Part shown: in pieces, positions 27,746 through 37,049 of the stretch | How positions within the stretch are numbered: position 1 is the stretch's first letter | Layout: every line of letters starts with the position of its first letter | Assembly: GCA_017847885.1 (NCBI GenBank) | Contig: JAGAUA010000011.1 | Location: forward strand, 16,770-80,769 | Direction of reading: 5' to 3' | DNA length: 64,000 nt | Origin: Oscillospiraceae bacterium | Lineage (GTDB): Bacteria > Bacillota > Clostridia > Oscillospirales > Ruminococcaceae | Translations under genes and position numbers: made by a program | The notes under the pieces: model-generated | Databases searched by the model: none | What the model saw: the letters and a program-made list of their open reading frames with translations, nothing else | What the model was told of the DNA's origin: nothing

Positions 27746-30088
27746 TTATCCTTCGTCCTTTATGATAAATGTTACCTCAATTATCGTTCCTGCCGGAACA
27801 ACGTCGCCCTCTGCGTAATTCTGGCTGTACGCGATAGCACCTGCGTGGTTTGCAGCACCGTCGCCCACCTTAAAGTTAAGGTTATTGCTTGTGAGGATAG
27901 AGTTTACGTCGGAAAGTCCGTAGCCGATAACGTTTGGCACGGTTGTATACTCCGTATCGTAATTTTCCTCGGTATAAAGAATTACCTTTCCGTTTCTCGG
28001 AATTGAGCTTCCCCGTTTGGGCACTTGCGCAACGACCTTGTTTCCGTCACCGATAACAGTAACCTGCAGGCTCAGCGCCTCAAGGGTATCCCTTGCAATA
28101 TCCACAGTCTCGCTCTCAACAGACGGGAGCGTCACGCCCAGCGCCTCCAGCTCTTCCTCGGTGTATTCGGGGTAATAGCCAAGATAAGGCAGCGCCTCTT
28201 TCAGCACGTTCGCCACCGCAGGAACGGCAACAACGCTTCCGTAGTACATCAGCGAGCCGTTCTGGTCTCGCGCAGTAGGCTCGTCGACCATAACAAGCAT
28301 GATTATCTCGGGGTCGTCGGCAGGCGCAAATGCACAGTATGAGGAAACATAGAGATTATCATTTCCCGTTTCGTTGCTCTTGTCTATCTTCTGAGACGTA
28401 CCCGACTTTCCGCCGATAGCATAGCCCTTGATGTAAGCGTTTGAGCCGCCCTTTGTGTTAACAACGCTTTCAAGGACCTGTCTCATCTGCGCCGAGGTCT
28501 CCTCCGAAATGACCTGTCTTTTTATGGACGGCTCGGTGGTTTTTACAACGTTGCCGTTAGGGTCAACTATCTTGCTTACAACATACGGGGTAACAAGATA
28601 TCCGCCGTTTACAACTGCGGCGTAAGCCGTTATCATCTGCAAGGGCGTTACCTTGTTGGTCTGACCGAAGGAGCATGAAGCAAGCTCAACGGGACCCTTT
28701 TCGCTGGTGTTTACATAAAGGCTGTTTGACTCGCCGGGCAGGTCTATGCCCGTCGGCTCGGTAAAGCCGTAAGCCTTGAAATAATTGTAGAAATTGTCCT
28801 TGCCCAGAAGCTGTCCTATCTGAATGAATGCAGGGTTGCAGGAGTTTGTCATTGCCGTGGTGAAATCCTGGGTGCCGTGGGAATAGTTTGACCAGCAGTG
28901 CATCGTGGTGTCCGCCACAACAATGCTCTGACCGCAGTTAAATGTGGAGTTAAGAGAAATCACCTTTTCCTCCAGCGCCGCCGAGCCCGTGATAACCTTG
29001 AAAACCGAGCCGGGGAAGTAAAGCTCAGTGATAGCCTTGTTCTTCCACTGCTGCTCACGGTATGTCGCATACGCCTTGTTGTACTCCTCCTCATCGGTGA
29101 TAGCCGCAAGCTTTGCAAGGTCGTTTGGGTTGTAAATGGAGTTTTTGTCGTTAAGGTTAAAGCCGGGGGTACTCGCCATTGCAAGCACCGCGCCCGTGTT
29201 CACGTTCATCATTATCGCGCAGGCACGGTTTGCAACATCGTGAGCCTCCACCTGCTGTTCAAGGTACTTTTCAACCATGTACTGCAGGTTCATATCCAGC
29301 GTCAGATAAAGGGAGTTGCCGTCCTGAGCGTCGTATATCTTATCGTTTTTGTAGGGCATTTCGTTGCCCCACGCGTCGACTGCGGAGATGACCTTTCCGT
29401 CAACGCCCTTGAGGTAATCGTTGTAGTAGGACTCAACGCCGTAAACGCCGTCGCCGTCATAATTCGTAAAGCCGATGACCGCCGCCGCAAGCTCCGCCTG
29501 GGGGTAGTACCGCTTTGTGTCAAGGTCGGTGAAAATAAGGTCGCCCAGCTTTTCCTCATCGGCACGGGCAATTATCTTGTCCGCAACAGGCTTTTCGATG
29601 GACTTTGCCACGCACGCCCAGCTGCTGTTTTCGGCATTTTCCGTAAGCTTCTTTACGGCAAAATCATAAGTAACGTTTCCGCCCAGCTCCTCGCTAAGTA
29701 TCTTTGCCGCCTTTTCCACCATAAGCTGGGATTTCAGCTTTCCGTCGGTAAGCTCGGGCTCGTCGGACTTTTTCTCCTTTTGCTGCTGCTCGTAAATGCG
29801 GTACGGGTTTACGCAGATTGAATACACCGTAGCCGACTGCGCAAGTATCTTTCCGTTTGCGTCGTAGATACTGCCGCGGTATGCCTTGACAACGGAGCTG
29901 CCGAACTGCTTTTCGTTGGCAAGCGCCTGATATTTAGCGTTGTCCGTAATGGACGTCTTAAAAAGATTGACAAGTATCCAGCAGGTAAATGCCAGAAAAA
30001 CAAGCAGAACCACAACGTTCAGCTTAAATCTCATTTTGTTGGTCGGCTGGTAAGACAAGGCTTTTCTCCTTTCGGTTTTGTGCGGCAA
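27746..30088 (-). CDS. Class B penicillin-binding protein (FtsI/PBP2B/SpoVD family) with two C-terminal PASTA-like repeats
   Basis: N-terminal TM helix, SVFK (SxxK), SNS and KSGTS motifs. The tail has two PASTA-like segments. Confidence 0.9.
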   Translation of the reverse strand: MPHKTERRKALSYQPTNKMRFKLNVVVLLVFLAFTCWILVNLFKTSITDNAKYQALANEKQFGSSVVKAYRGSIYDANGKILAQSATVYSICVNPYRIYEQQQKEKKSDEPELTDGKLKSQLMVEKAAKILSEELGGNVTYDFAVKKLTENAENSSWACVAKSIEKPVADKIIARADEEKLGDLIFTDLDTKRYYPQAELAAAVIGFTNYDGDGVYGVESYYNDYLKGVDGKVISAVDAWGNEMPYKNDKIYDAQDGNSLYLTLDMNLQYMVEKYLEQQVEAHDVANRACAIMMNVNTGAVLAMASTPGFNLNDKNSIYNPNDLAKLAAITDEEEYNKAYATYREQQWKNKAITELYFPGSVFKVITGSAALEEKVISLNSTFNCGQSIVVADTTMHCWSNYSHGTQDFTTAMTNSCNPAFIQIGQLLGKDNFYNYFKAYGFTEPTGIDLPGESNSLYVNTSEKGPVELASCSFGQTNKVTPLQMITAYAAVVNGGYLVTPYVVSKIVDPNGNVVKTTEPSIKRQVISEETSAQMRQVLESVVNTKGGSNAYIKGYAIGGKSGTSQKIDKSNETGNDNLYVSSYCAFAPADDPEIIMLVMVDEPTARDQNGSLMYYGSVVAVPAVANVLKEALPYLGYYPEYTEEELEALGVTLPSVESETVDIARDTLEALSLQVTVIGDGNKVVAQVPKRGSSIPRNGKVILYTEENYDTEYTTVPNVIGYGLSDVNSILTSNNLNFKVGDGAANHAGAIAYSQNYAEGDVVPAGTIIEVTFIIKDEG

Positions 30089-30173
30089 TGCGATATTATT
30101 TTAAGCAAAATTCGGGCTGCAGAGGGAGATATGTTCTCCTTAAGTGCAACCCTAATGTTACTATACTATTGCG

Positions 30174-30635
30174 TCATCCTCTGATATATTCCATAAAATC
30201 CGTGAACGCGCTTTTGATCTTGATAAAGATGTTGTCCTCGTCCTCGGGTATATCCACAACGCTTCCGTTTGAAAGACTGACATACTCTATCTGGGACTTG
30301 TCCAGCTTCTGCATACCGAGTATCTGCTCGGCATAAAGCTCAACGGATTTTAACGCCGTTTTCTCCTCTATCTCCGATTTCATGCGCACGTTTTCGCTGT
30401 TCAGCATATTCACATACTTTGTCTGGTCGGCAATTTCCGCATGAACGGCGGCGTTTTCAACCTTTCCGTAAACCACCGCACCTAGCAGAAGTCCTGCCGC
30501 AGATATGGCAACGATAAGCTTGGGCGCAGACCCGGCAGCCTCGTTCCGTTTTCTTCGCACGCGTATCTTGGGAGCCTTTTCGGGTGCAACGTCCTCATAT
30601 TTGGTAAGGTCGTAGGCAAGATTATTTTTACTCAT
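30174..30635 (-). CDS. ftsL: FtsL/septum-formation-initiator-like small bitopic protein
   Basis: 153 aa with basic N-terminus, one TM helix and a coiled-coil-like ectodomain. Its position is between rsmH and the PBP gene. Confidence 0.65.
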   Translation of the reverse strand: MSKNNLAYDLTKYEDVAPEKAPKIRVRRKRNEAAGSAPKLIVAISAAGLLLGAVVYGKVENAAVHAEIADQTKYVNMLNSENVRMKSEIEEKTALKSVELYAEQILGMQKLDKSQIEYVSLSNGSVVDIPEDEDNIFIKIKSAFTDFMEYIRG

Positions 30636-30674
30636 AGACGTGACATTGCTCCTTTTCCGTTCTTCACGATTGAC

Positions 30675-31616
30675 TTACTTTATTTTTTCTATTATCCTTA
30701 ATTTTGCGCTGCGGCTTCTGTTGTTTGCAGCAAGCTCCTCCTCCGAAGCCTCAATAGGCTTGCGGTTTATAAGCTTGCCCCTCGGGGTCTGTCCGCATAT
30801 GCACTGGGGGAAATCGGGAGGGCATATACAGCCCTTGCAAAGCGCAGCAAAGCGCTGCTTAACTATCCTGTCCTCCAGCGAGTGGAAGGTTATCACGCAA
30901 AGCCTGCCGCCCGGATTCAGCAGCTCAAACGCCTCGTCAAGACCCTTGCTCAAGTGGTCGAATTCGCAGTTTACCGCAATTCTGAACGCCTGAAAGGTTT
31001 TCTTGCAGGGGTTTTTGTCCCGCTTGAATTTTGCGGGAACAGCCGCGCTCACGATGTCCGCAAGCTCGCCCGTGGTCTCTATCGGCTTTATTTCGCGGCG
31101 TTTTACTATTTCATCGGCAATGCGCCTGCTGAATTTTTCCTCGCCGTATTCAAACATTATTCTGCTGAGTTCCTCCGCGGAAAGCGTGTTTGCCAAGTCC
31201 GCGGCAGTCTGCCCCGTCTGTGACATTCTCATATCAAGGGGCGCGTCACCGTGGTAGGAAAACCCCCGTTCAAGGGTATCAAGCTGATGTGAGGATACCC
31301 CAAGGTCAAGGAGTATACCGTCCGCCGCCTCTATCCCCTCGGCACGCACAAGCTCGGTCATATCGGAGTAATTCCCGTGAAGCACCTTTGCGTTATAGGG
31401 CGCAAGCCGCTCCGAAGCAGCCTTTACCGCGTCGGGGTCCCTGTCAATACCGATAAGCCTGCCCGTGGTGAGCCGCTTTGCTATCTCCGCTGAGTGACCT
31501 GCTCCGCCGCAGGTGCCGTCGATGTAGACCCCGTCGGGCTTTACCGCAAGCCCCTCGATAGATTCGGGGAGCAGCACGGAAATATGCGAAAAGTTTATTT
31601 TTTCCATATTGTTCAT
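30675..31616 (-). CDS. rsmH: 16S rRNA (cytosine1402-N4)-methyltransferase
   Basis: HISVLLPE, DGTCGGAGHS, DLGVSSHQLD. Confidence 0.96.
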   Translation of the reverse strand: MNNMEKINFSHISVLLPESIEGLAVKPDGVYIDGTCGGAGHSAEIAKRLTTGRLIGIDRDPDAVKAASERLAPYNAKVLHGNYSDMTELVRAEGIEAADGILLDLGVSSHQLDTLERGFSYHGDAPLDMRMSQTGQTAADLANTLSAEELSRIMFEYGEEKFSRRIADEIVKRREIKPIETTGELADIVSAAVPAKFKRDKNPCKKTFQAFRIAVNCEFDHLSKGLDEAFELLNPGGRLCVITFHSLEDRIVKQRFAALCKGCICPPDFPQCICGQTPRGKLINRKPIEASEEELAANNRSRSAKLRIIEKIK

Positions 31617-31673
31617 TCCTTAATATACGGCAGTTTCCTGCCAAAAAGGGTAAAAATCATAATATATAGTATA

Positions 31674-32102
31674 TCAGAACGCAAGCTCCGAAAGCGCGTC
31701 CGAGAGCATTTCGTTGGTAATTTCGCTGCTGAACTCCTTGAAGCGTGCGCTGTCCCATATTTCGGCACGGTTTATAACGCCGAGAACGGTAACATCGTGG
31801 TCAAGGTGGGCATAATCCCTAAGATTCTGGGGAATAAGTATGCGTCCCTGCTTGTCGGGCTCAACGGTGCAGGCATTGACGATGATAAGCTTTGCCGCCT
31901 TTGCCTTTGCGCCTGTAAGCGTTTGAAGCTTTTCTGTAAATATGTCCCATTCCTCGTTGGAATATACGTAAAGACAGCCGTCAAGACCGATAGTAACGAT
32001 AAAGCTGACGCCCAGACGGTCGCGAAGCTTGGTGGGAAACGCCATGCGTCCCTTTGCGTCCATAGTATGCTCGTAAGTACCCATTAAAGAATTGGCAGCC
32101 AT
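31674..32102 (-). CDS. mraZ: Transcriptional regulator MraZ
   Basis: 142 aa with duplicated DxxxR motif context (MDAKGRMAFP, PDKQGRILIP). Confidence 0.95.
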   Translation of the reverse strand: MAANSLMGTYEHTMDAKGRMAFPTKLRDRLGVSFIVTIGLDGCLYVYSNEEWDIFTEKLQTLTGAKAKAAKLIIVNACTVEPDKQGRILIPQNLRDYAHLDHDVTVLGVINRAEIWDSARFKEFSSEITNEMLSDALSELAF

Positions 32103-32228
32103 GCTTTATCACTTCCTTTCAACGGCTTTTTTAACACATTTTTAGTTTGGATTCACGGTTTTACGCGGCAATTCGACAGGGCTTTCCACATTTTCAACAT
32201 CTGCGCCTTGATAAGCTTTCAACACCAT

Positions 32229-32324
32229 GTGGAAAACTCGGTGGAAAATCACCACTTTTCACCTCAAAGCAGTGACATTTCACCACTTTAATGATATTAT
32301 ACACCAACCGTAACCAAATTGCAA
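32229..32324 (-). promoter_or_regulatory. mraZ promoter with phased GTGG repeats (candidate MraZ operator)
   Basis: Minus strand TTGCAA-17 nt-TATAAT (plus 32296-32324). Immediately downstream are AAAGTGGTGA (twice) and GAGGTGAAA, with CACC at plus 32250, 32260 and 32281. Confidence 0.55.
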
Positions 32325-32523
32325 CCTTTGTAAAAATTTGAAAAGAAAATAAATAATGAAATTTCCTGCCGTATTTTATGCAATTTGCCCACATAAATTA
32401 CAAAACGGATTTTGTTTACAGTTATATACTTTGTGTATTTAAAGAAATACAGCTGTTACCGCCCATTGGCTAAAATGTATAAAAAATTAACGTAAAATTA
32501 TATATAAATATTTTGAAAGGATA

Positions 32524-32552
32524 TTGAAAAACTTTTAGGCATATTGTATAAT
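32524..32552 (+). promoter_or_regulatory. SigA-type promoter for the HD-domain gene
   Basis: TTGAAA-17 nt-TATAAT. Confidence 0.55.
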
Positions 32553-32588
32553 AAATTTAAAGTATGCAAAAGGAGATGATCACTAAAA

Positions 32589-33128
32589 ATGCTAAAAGCG
32601 ATAGGTTCAAAGATCGACCTGGACGATAAGGACCTTACCACCTACTATCATCTCGTGTCCGACCTGCTTGAAAACGAGCTGGTGCTTAAAATGAAGGAGT
32701 TTACCCACCACGGCGAGACCACCTGCTTCCAGCATTGTCTCAACGTTTCGTACTACAATTACAGAGTGTGCAGATTTTTCTCCCTGAACGAGCGCGCAGG
32801 CGCAAGAGCGGGGCTGCTCCACGACCTGTTCCTCTACGACTGGCATACGTACAAGCCGCAGAAGGGTGAAAGGCTCCATGGCTTTACCCACGCAAAGACC
32901 GCGCTTAAAAATGTGAAGGAAAACTTCTATATTTCCGACCTTGAAAGCGACATCATAGAAAAGCATATGTTTCCGCTGAATATCACCGCGCTGCCCAAGT
33001 ACCGCGAAACTTTGGTCATCGTGCTTGTGGACAAATACTGCGGAATCCTCGAAACGGTCATTCCAAGACTCAGAAAGGTGAAAACGCCTTTTGTGAAGCT
33101 TGCGGCACGCTTCAAAAGAACAGCATAA
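32589..33128 (+). CDS. HD-domain phosphohydrolase-like protein
   Basis: H...HD pattern (FQHCLNVSYY, GLLHDLFLYDW) and RBS AAAGGAG. Confidence 0.75.
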   Translation: MLKAIGSKIDLDDKDLTTYYHLVSDLLENELVLKMKEFTHHGETTCFQHCLNVSYYNYRVCRFFSLNERAGARAGLLHDLFLYDWHTYKPQKGERLHGFTHAKTALKNVKENFYISDLESDIIEKHMFPLNITALPKYRETLVIVLVDKYCGILETVIPRLRKVKTPFVKLAARFKRTA

Positions 33129-33191
33129 CATTAACGGACTCTGTATGACGGTACAAAGTCCGTTTTTTATTTTCAGCAAATAAAAAAACAA

Positions 33192-33220
33192 TTGACACAT
33201 TATGCAAAAAAGTGTATAAT
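33192..33220 (+). promoter_or_regulatory. Consensus SigA promoter of the mgtE leader
   Basis: TTGACA-17 nt-TATAAT, an exact consensus. Confidence 0.7.
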
Positions 33221-33226
33221 AGTGTG

Positions 33227-33593
33227 GCACGGTTAAAAAGGATTTTCCCGTGCATACTAAATATGGTCACATCTAAAAACTATAGTGCCTCAGATGCGCA
33301 GTCAGATTTTTCGGCAGATTGTATCAAAACGACGCAGGAATACTGTATGTATTGCAAGGAGTTTTGGTGCAATATGACGGAAAATATGCAAGCATATGAG
33401 GTGCTAAGGCGTTAGCCGGTGGTTTTTAGAGGTGACCATAAGGAAATAAAGGAGTGAAATCAATGGACGCCGGTAACAGTAAGGGTATAAAACCGCGAAG
33501 TTGCGGCTTTGGACAGGTGCCGTGCGTGCATTTGTTTCATAGCCGTTAATGCCGTTTTATACCTTCTATTTCAACTGAATAGGAGGTTTTTTT
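33227..33593 (+). promoter_or_regulatory. ~365-nt mgtE 5' leader, candidate M-box (Mg2+) riboswitch
   Basis: The leader is long. It has patches resembling the B. subtilis M-box in the right order (GAUGCGCAG; AAACGACGCAGGAAU; AUAUGAGGUGCUAAGGC). I could not verify the alignment. Confidence 0.45.
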
Positions 33594-34946
33594 ATGGAAA
33601 AAGAGCTTGCTCTGGAGCTGCTCGAGGCTAAAAAGCTCGTCCAGCTCAGAAAAGACTTGCAGGAGCTTAACCCTGCCGACATCGCAACGCTCATCGAGGA
33701 AATGAGAGAGTCGGAGGAATTCGACGAGAAAAAGCTTATCCTGCTTTACCGTATCCTGCCCAAGGAGCTTGCCGCAGAGGCTTTCACCTACCTTGACAGC
33801 GATACCCAGATTGCGCTTATCGGGGCGTTTTCCGATAAGGAGCTGCGCTACGTCATAGACGAGCTTTACCTTGACGATACCGTTGATATTATCGAGGAAA
33901 TGCCCGCAAACGTGGTTTCGCGAATTTTGAGCAGCACCGACCCCGACACAAGAAAGCAGATAAACGAGCTGCTGAATTACCCCAAGGACAGCGCAGGCTC
34001 GGTAATGACAACCGAGTTTGTATACCTGCACAGATACCTGACCGTAAGGGAAGCCTTTGAGCAGATAAGGAAAATAGGTCTTGTCAAGGAAACGGTATAC
34101 ACCTGTTACGTGATATCCTCCCACCGCAGACTTGTGGGACGGGTCACCGTTCTGGATATGCTTGTTGCCGACGAGGATACCAAAATTGAAGATATCATGG
34201 AGACCAACGTTATCTTCGTCAGAACTCACGACGATAAGGAACACGTTGCGCATACCATGTCCAAGTACGATATCGCCGCAATTCCCGTCGTTGACAACGA
34301 GGACAGAATTGTCGGTATCGTAACATTCGACGACGCTATGGACGTCCTGCAGGAGGAAAACACCGAGGACTTCGCAAAAATGGCGGCGGTCGTTCCTGCG
34401 GAGGACAGCTACTTCAAGACCTCCGTATGGCAGCACGCAAAAAGCCGTATCCCGTGGCTGCTTGTACTTATGCTTTCCGCAACGTTGACAGGCTGGATAT
34501 CCTCCAGATTTGAACCCCAGATAGCGGTAATACCCATGCTTGTGTCGTTCATGCCGATGGTAATGGGTACGGGCGGTAACTGCGGCTCCCAAAGCTCAAC
34601 GCTTATCATACGCGGCATGGCGCTTGAGGAGATACGCTTGAAGGACTTTTTCAAGGTGGTTTTCAAGGAATTCCGCATTGCACTTCTCTGCGCGGCGGTG
34701 CTTTCCGTTGTAAACGGTCTGCGTGTGCTTATAACCTATAAAGACCCCGCCCTTGCCCTTGTTATAGCACTTTCCCTTATAGGCACGGTGGTCATAGCAA
34801 AGCTTGTGGGCGCAATGCTCCCTATGGCGGCAAAGGCGGTACACCTTGACCCTGCGATAATGGCAAATCCGCTTATCACAACAGTTGTGGACTCATGCTC
34901 ACTGCTGATATACTTCACTATTGCAACCAACGTTTTGGGCATATGA
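33594..34946 (+). CDS. mgtE: Magnesium transporter MgtE
   Basis: N-domain, tandem CBS domains and a C-terminal 5-TM domain (PMVMGTGGNCGSQSS). Confidence 0.96.
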   Translation: MEKELALELLEAKKLVQLRKDLQELNPADIATLIEEMRESEEFDEKKLILLYRILPKELAAEAFTYLDSDTQIALIGAFSDKELRYVIDELYLDDTVDIIEEMPANVVSRILSSTDPDTRKQINELLNYPKDSAGSVMTTEFVYLHRYLTVREAFEQIRKIGLVKETVYTCYVISSHRRLVGRVTVLDMLVADEDTKIEDIMETNVIFVRTHDDKEHVAHTMSKYDIAAIPVVDNEDRIVGIVTFDDAMDVLQEENTEDFAKMAAVVPAEDSYFKTSVWQHAKSRIPWLLVLMLSATLTGWISSRFEPQIAVIPMLVSFMPMVMGTGGNCGSQSSTLIIRGMALEEIRLKDFFKVVFKEFRIALLCAAVLSVVNGLRVLITYKDPALALVIALSLIGTVVIAKLVGAMLPMAAKAVHLDPAIMANPLITTVVDSCSLLIYFTIATNVLGI

Positions 34947-34967
34947 GCGCACAAAACATACAAAATC

Positions 34968-34995
34968 AAGGACGGATATTATCCGTCCTTTTTTG
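34968..34995 (+). terminator. Rho-independent terminator of mgtE
   Basis: AAGGACGGATA-t-TATCCGTCCTT followed by TTTT. Confidence 0.8.
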
Positions 34996-35090
34996 CTGCA
35001 AAGAAGCCTCGCTTTTCCCTTGACACAAAGCGCAATTTCAGCTATAATTCATATAAAGGCAGTAAGCGGACTATCGGAAAGGAGAACGAC

Positions 35091-35864
35091 ATGAAAGCTG
35101 TTATTTTAGCCGGCGGTTTCGGCACGAGGATAAGCGAGGAATCCCACCTGAGACCTAAGCCGATGATCGAGATCGGAGAAATGCCTATACTCTGGCATAT
35201 TATGAAGGAGTACTCCCATTACGGCATCAAAGAATTTATAATCTGCGCAGGCTACAAGCAGCATATTATCAAAGAGTGGTTTGCCAATTATTTTCTGCAT
35301 ACTTCCGATATAACCTTTGATTTTTCCGACAACAACATGATCGTCCACAATAAGCACGCAGAAAACTGGAAGGTCACCATCGTTGACACGGGACTGAAAA
35401 CCCAAACGGGTGGACGTGTTAAAAGGATAAAGGAGCATATCGGCAATGAGTCATTCCTGCTTACATACGGCGACGCCGTGTCTGATATGAACATAGACGA
35501 GCTGATAGATTTTCATAAATCCCACGGCAAGATAGGCACTATATCGCTATATAATTTCGGTCAGAGCAAGGGCGTTGTAGAGGTAAAGGAAAACAAAATC
35601 ACCGCGTTCCGTGAAAAATCCGATTTGGACGGCGACCTTATCAACATCGGCTATATGGTGTTTGAGCCTGCGATATTCGATTATATTTCAGGCGATGAAA
35701 TGCCGCTGGAAACAGAGCCTTTTGCCTCTCTTATAAAGGAAGACCAGCTCTGCGGTTATGTTCACAGAGGCTTCTGGCAGTGTATGGATACGCTAAGAGA
35801 AAAGCAGCGGCTTGAGCAATACTGGGAGTCGGGAGACGCTCCTTGGAAGGTGTGGAACGACTGA
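35091..35864 (+). CDS. rfbF: Glucose-1-phosphate cytidylyltransferase
   Basis: MKAVILAGGFGTRISEESHLRPKPMIEIG, 257 aa, typical of RfbF/DdhA. Confidence 0.92.
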   Translation: MKAVILAGGFGTRISEESHLRPKPMIEIGEMPILWHIMKEYSHYGIKEFIICAGYKQHIIKEWFANYFLHTSDITFDFSDNNMIVHNKHAENWKVTIVDTGLKTQTGGRVKRIKEHIGNESFLLTYGDAVSDMNIDELIDFHKSHGKIGTISLYNFGQSKGVVEVKENKITAFREKSDLDGDLINIGYMVFEPAIFDYISGDEMPLETEPFASLIKEDQLCGYVHRGFWQCMDTLREKQRLEQYWESGDAPWKVWND

Positions 35865-36922
35865 TGGACTTATCGTTTTATAAAGGAAAAAGGGTGCTTG
35901 TCACAGGGCACACAGGCTTTAAGGGCACATGGCTCACAAGAATTCTTGTTAACGCAGGCGCGGAAGTTGCAGGCTATTCAAGATGCTCCGAAAAAGAGCC
36001 TTCTCTGTTTGAAGCGGCAGACGTAAAGGACAGTATCGTACATATCAAAGGCGATGTAAGAGATTTGGAGCATCTGAAAAAGGTGTTTGCCGAATTTCAG
36101 CCTGAGATAGTGCTGCACCTTGCCGCGCAGCCCATAGTGAGGGACAGCTATAAGGACCCGGTGTATACATACGAGACCAACGTTATGGGAACGGTCAATA
36201 TCATGGAGTGCGTAAGGCTTAATCCGTGCGTGAAGTCGGTGCTGAACGTTACTACCGACAAAGTTTACCTGAACAACGAATGGTGCTGGGGGTATCGGGA
36301 GGACGAGCCTCTCGACGGCTTTGACCCGTACTCGAATTCAAAGTCCTGCTCGGAGCTTGTTACCCACAGCTATAAAAACAGCTTTTTTGCAGACGGCAGA
36401 GCCGCGGTATCTACAGCAAGAGCAGGAAATGTTATCGGCGGCGGCGACTTTGCCAATGACAGAATTATCCCCGATTGTGTAAGAGCAATGGCTGACGGAA
36501 GGGTCATCGGCGTAAGAAATCCGTACAGCACCCGTCCCTATCAGCACGTTCTGGAGCCGCTTTTCGTGTACCTTACCATTGCGGCAAAGCAGTATGAATG
36601 CCCCAAATATCAAGGCTATTACAACGTAGGTCCGGACGATTGTGATTGTGTTACAACAGGAGAGCTTGTCAGCCTTTTCTGCAAATGCTGGGGAGAAAAC
36701 GCAAAATGGGAAAATCAAGCGGAAGCCGGCGCTCCCCATGAAGCAAGCTTCCTCAAGCTGGATTGCAGCAAGCTTAAAAGCACCTTTGGCTGGAAGCCCC
36801 GCTGGCACATAGAAAAGTGTATGGATATGGTCTGCCGCTTCAGCAGGATATGGCTTGCAGGCGGAGATATCCCTGAGGAAATGGATAAGGAAATAAGGGA
36901 ATTCGCGGGAAATCAGCCCTGA
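35864..36922 (+). CDS. rfbG: CDP-glucose 4,6-dehydratase
   Basis: KRVLVTGHTGFKGTWL and YSNSK (YxxxK). The ATG overlaps the rfbF stop (TGATG). Confidence 0.92.
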   Translation: MDLSFYKGKRVLVTGHTGFKGTWLTRILVNAGAEVAGYSRCSEKEPSLFEAADVKDSIVHIKGDVRDLEHLKKVFAEFQPEIVLHLAAQPIVRDSYKDPVYTYETNVMGTVNIMECVRLNPCVKSVLNVTTDKVYLNNEWCWGYREDEPLDGFDPYSNSKSCSELVTHSYKNSFFADGRAAVSTARAGNVIGGGDFANDRIIPDCVRAMADGRVIGVRNPYSTRPYQHVLEPLFVYLTIAAKQYECPKYQGYYNVGPDDCDCVTTGELVSLFCKCWGENAKWENQAEAGAPHEASFLKLDCSKLKSTFGWKPRWHIEKCMDMVCRFSRIWLAGGDIPEEMDKEIREFAGNQP

Positions 36923-36961
36923 TTTTCGTAAGAGATTTTACAGAAAAAACGACAAGAATTA

Positions 36962-36990
36962 TTGACAAAATCGGTAATTTCTGTTATGAT
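36962..36990 (+). promoter_or_regulatory. SigA-type internal promoter
   Basis: TTGACA-17 nt-TATGAT with TGt extended -10. Confidence 0.5.
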
Positions 36991-37049
36991 TATAAGTGAA
37001 AATTTTAAACGTCAGCATATATTATTTCTTGCCGTTTGGAGGGTATTAA

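Noticed and set aside
33212-33415. 67-aa ORF inside the mgtE leader
   Set aside because: It has no RBS and starts before the predicted TSS. The region is better explained as a structured leader RNA.
33546-34592. 348-aa ORF antisense to mgtE
   Set aside because: It is the shadow frame of a conserved transporter gene.
34968-34995. mgtE terminator hairpin GGACGGATATTATCCGTCC resembles the REP core GGGCGGATATTATCCGCCC
   Set aside because: It lacks the GTAGGGG/CCCCTAC flanks and has a normal T-run, so it works as an ordinary terminator. The similarity is noted, but I do not count it as a family member.
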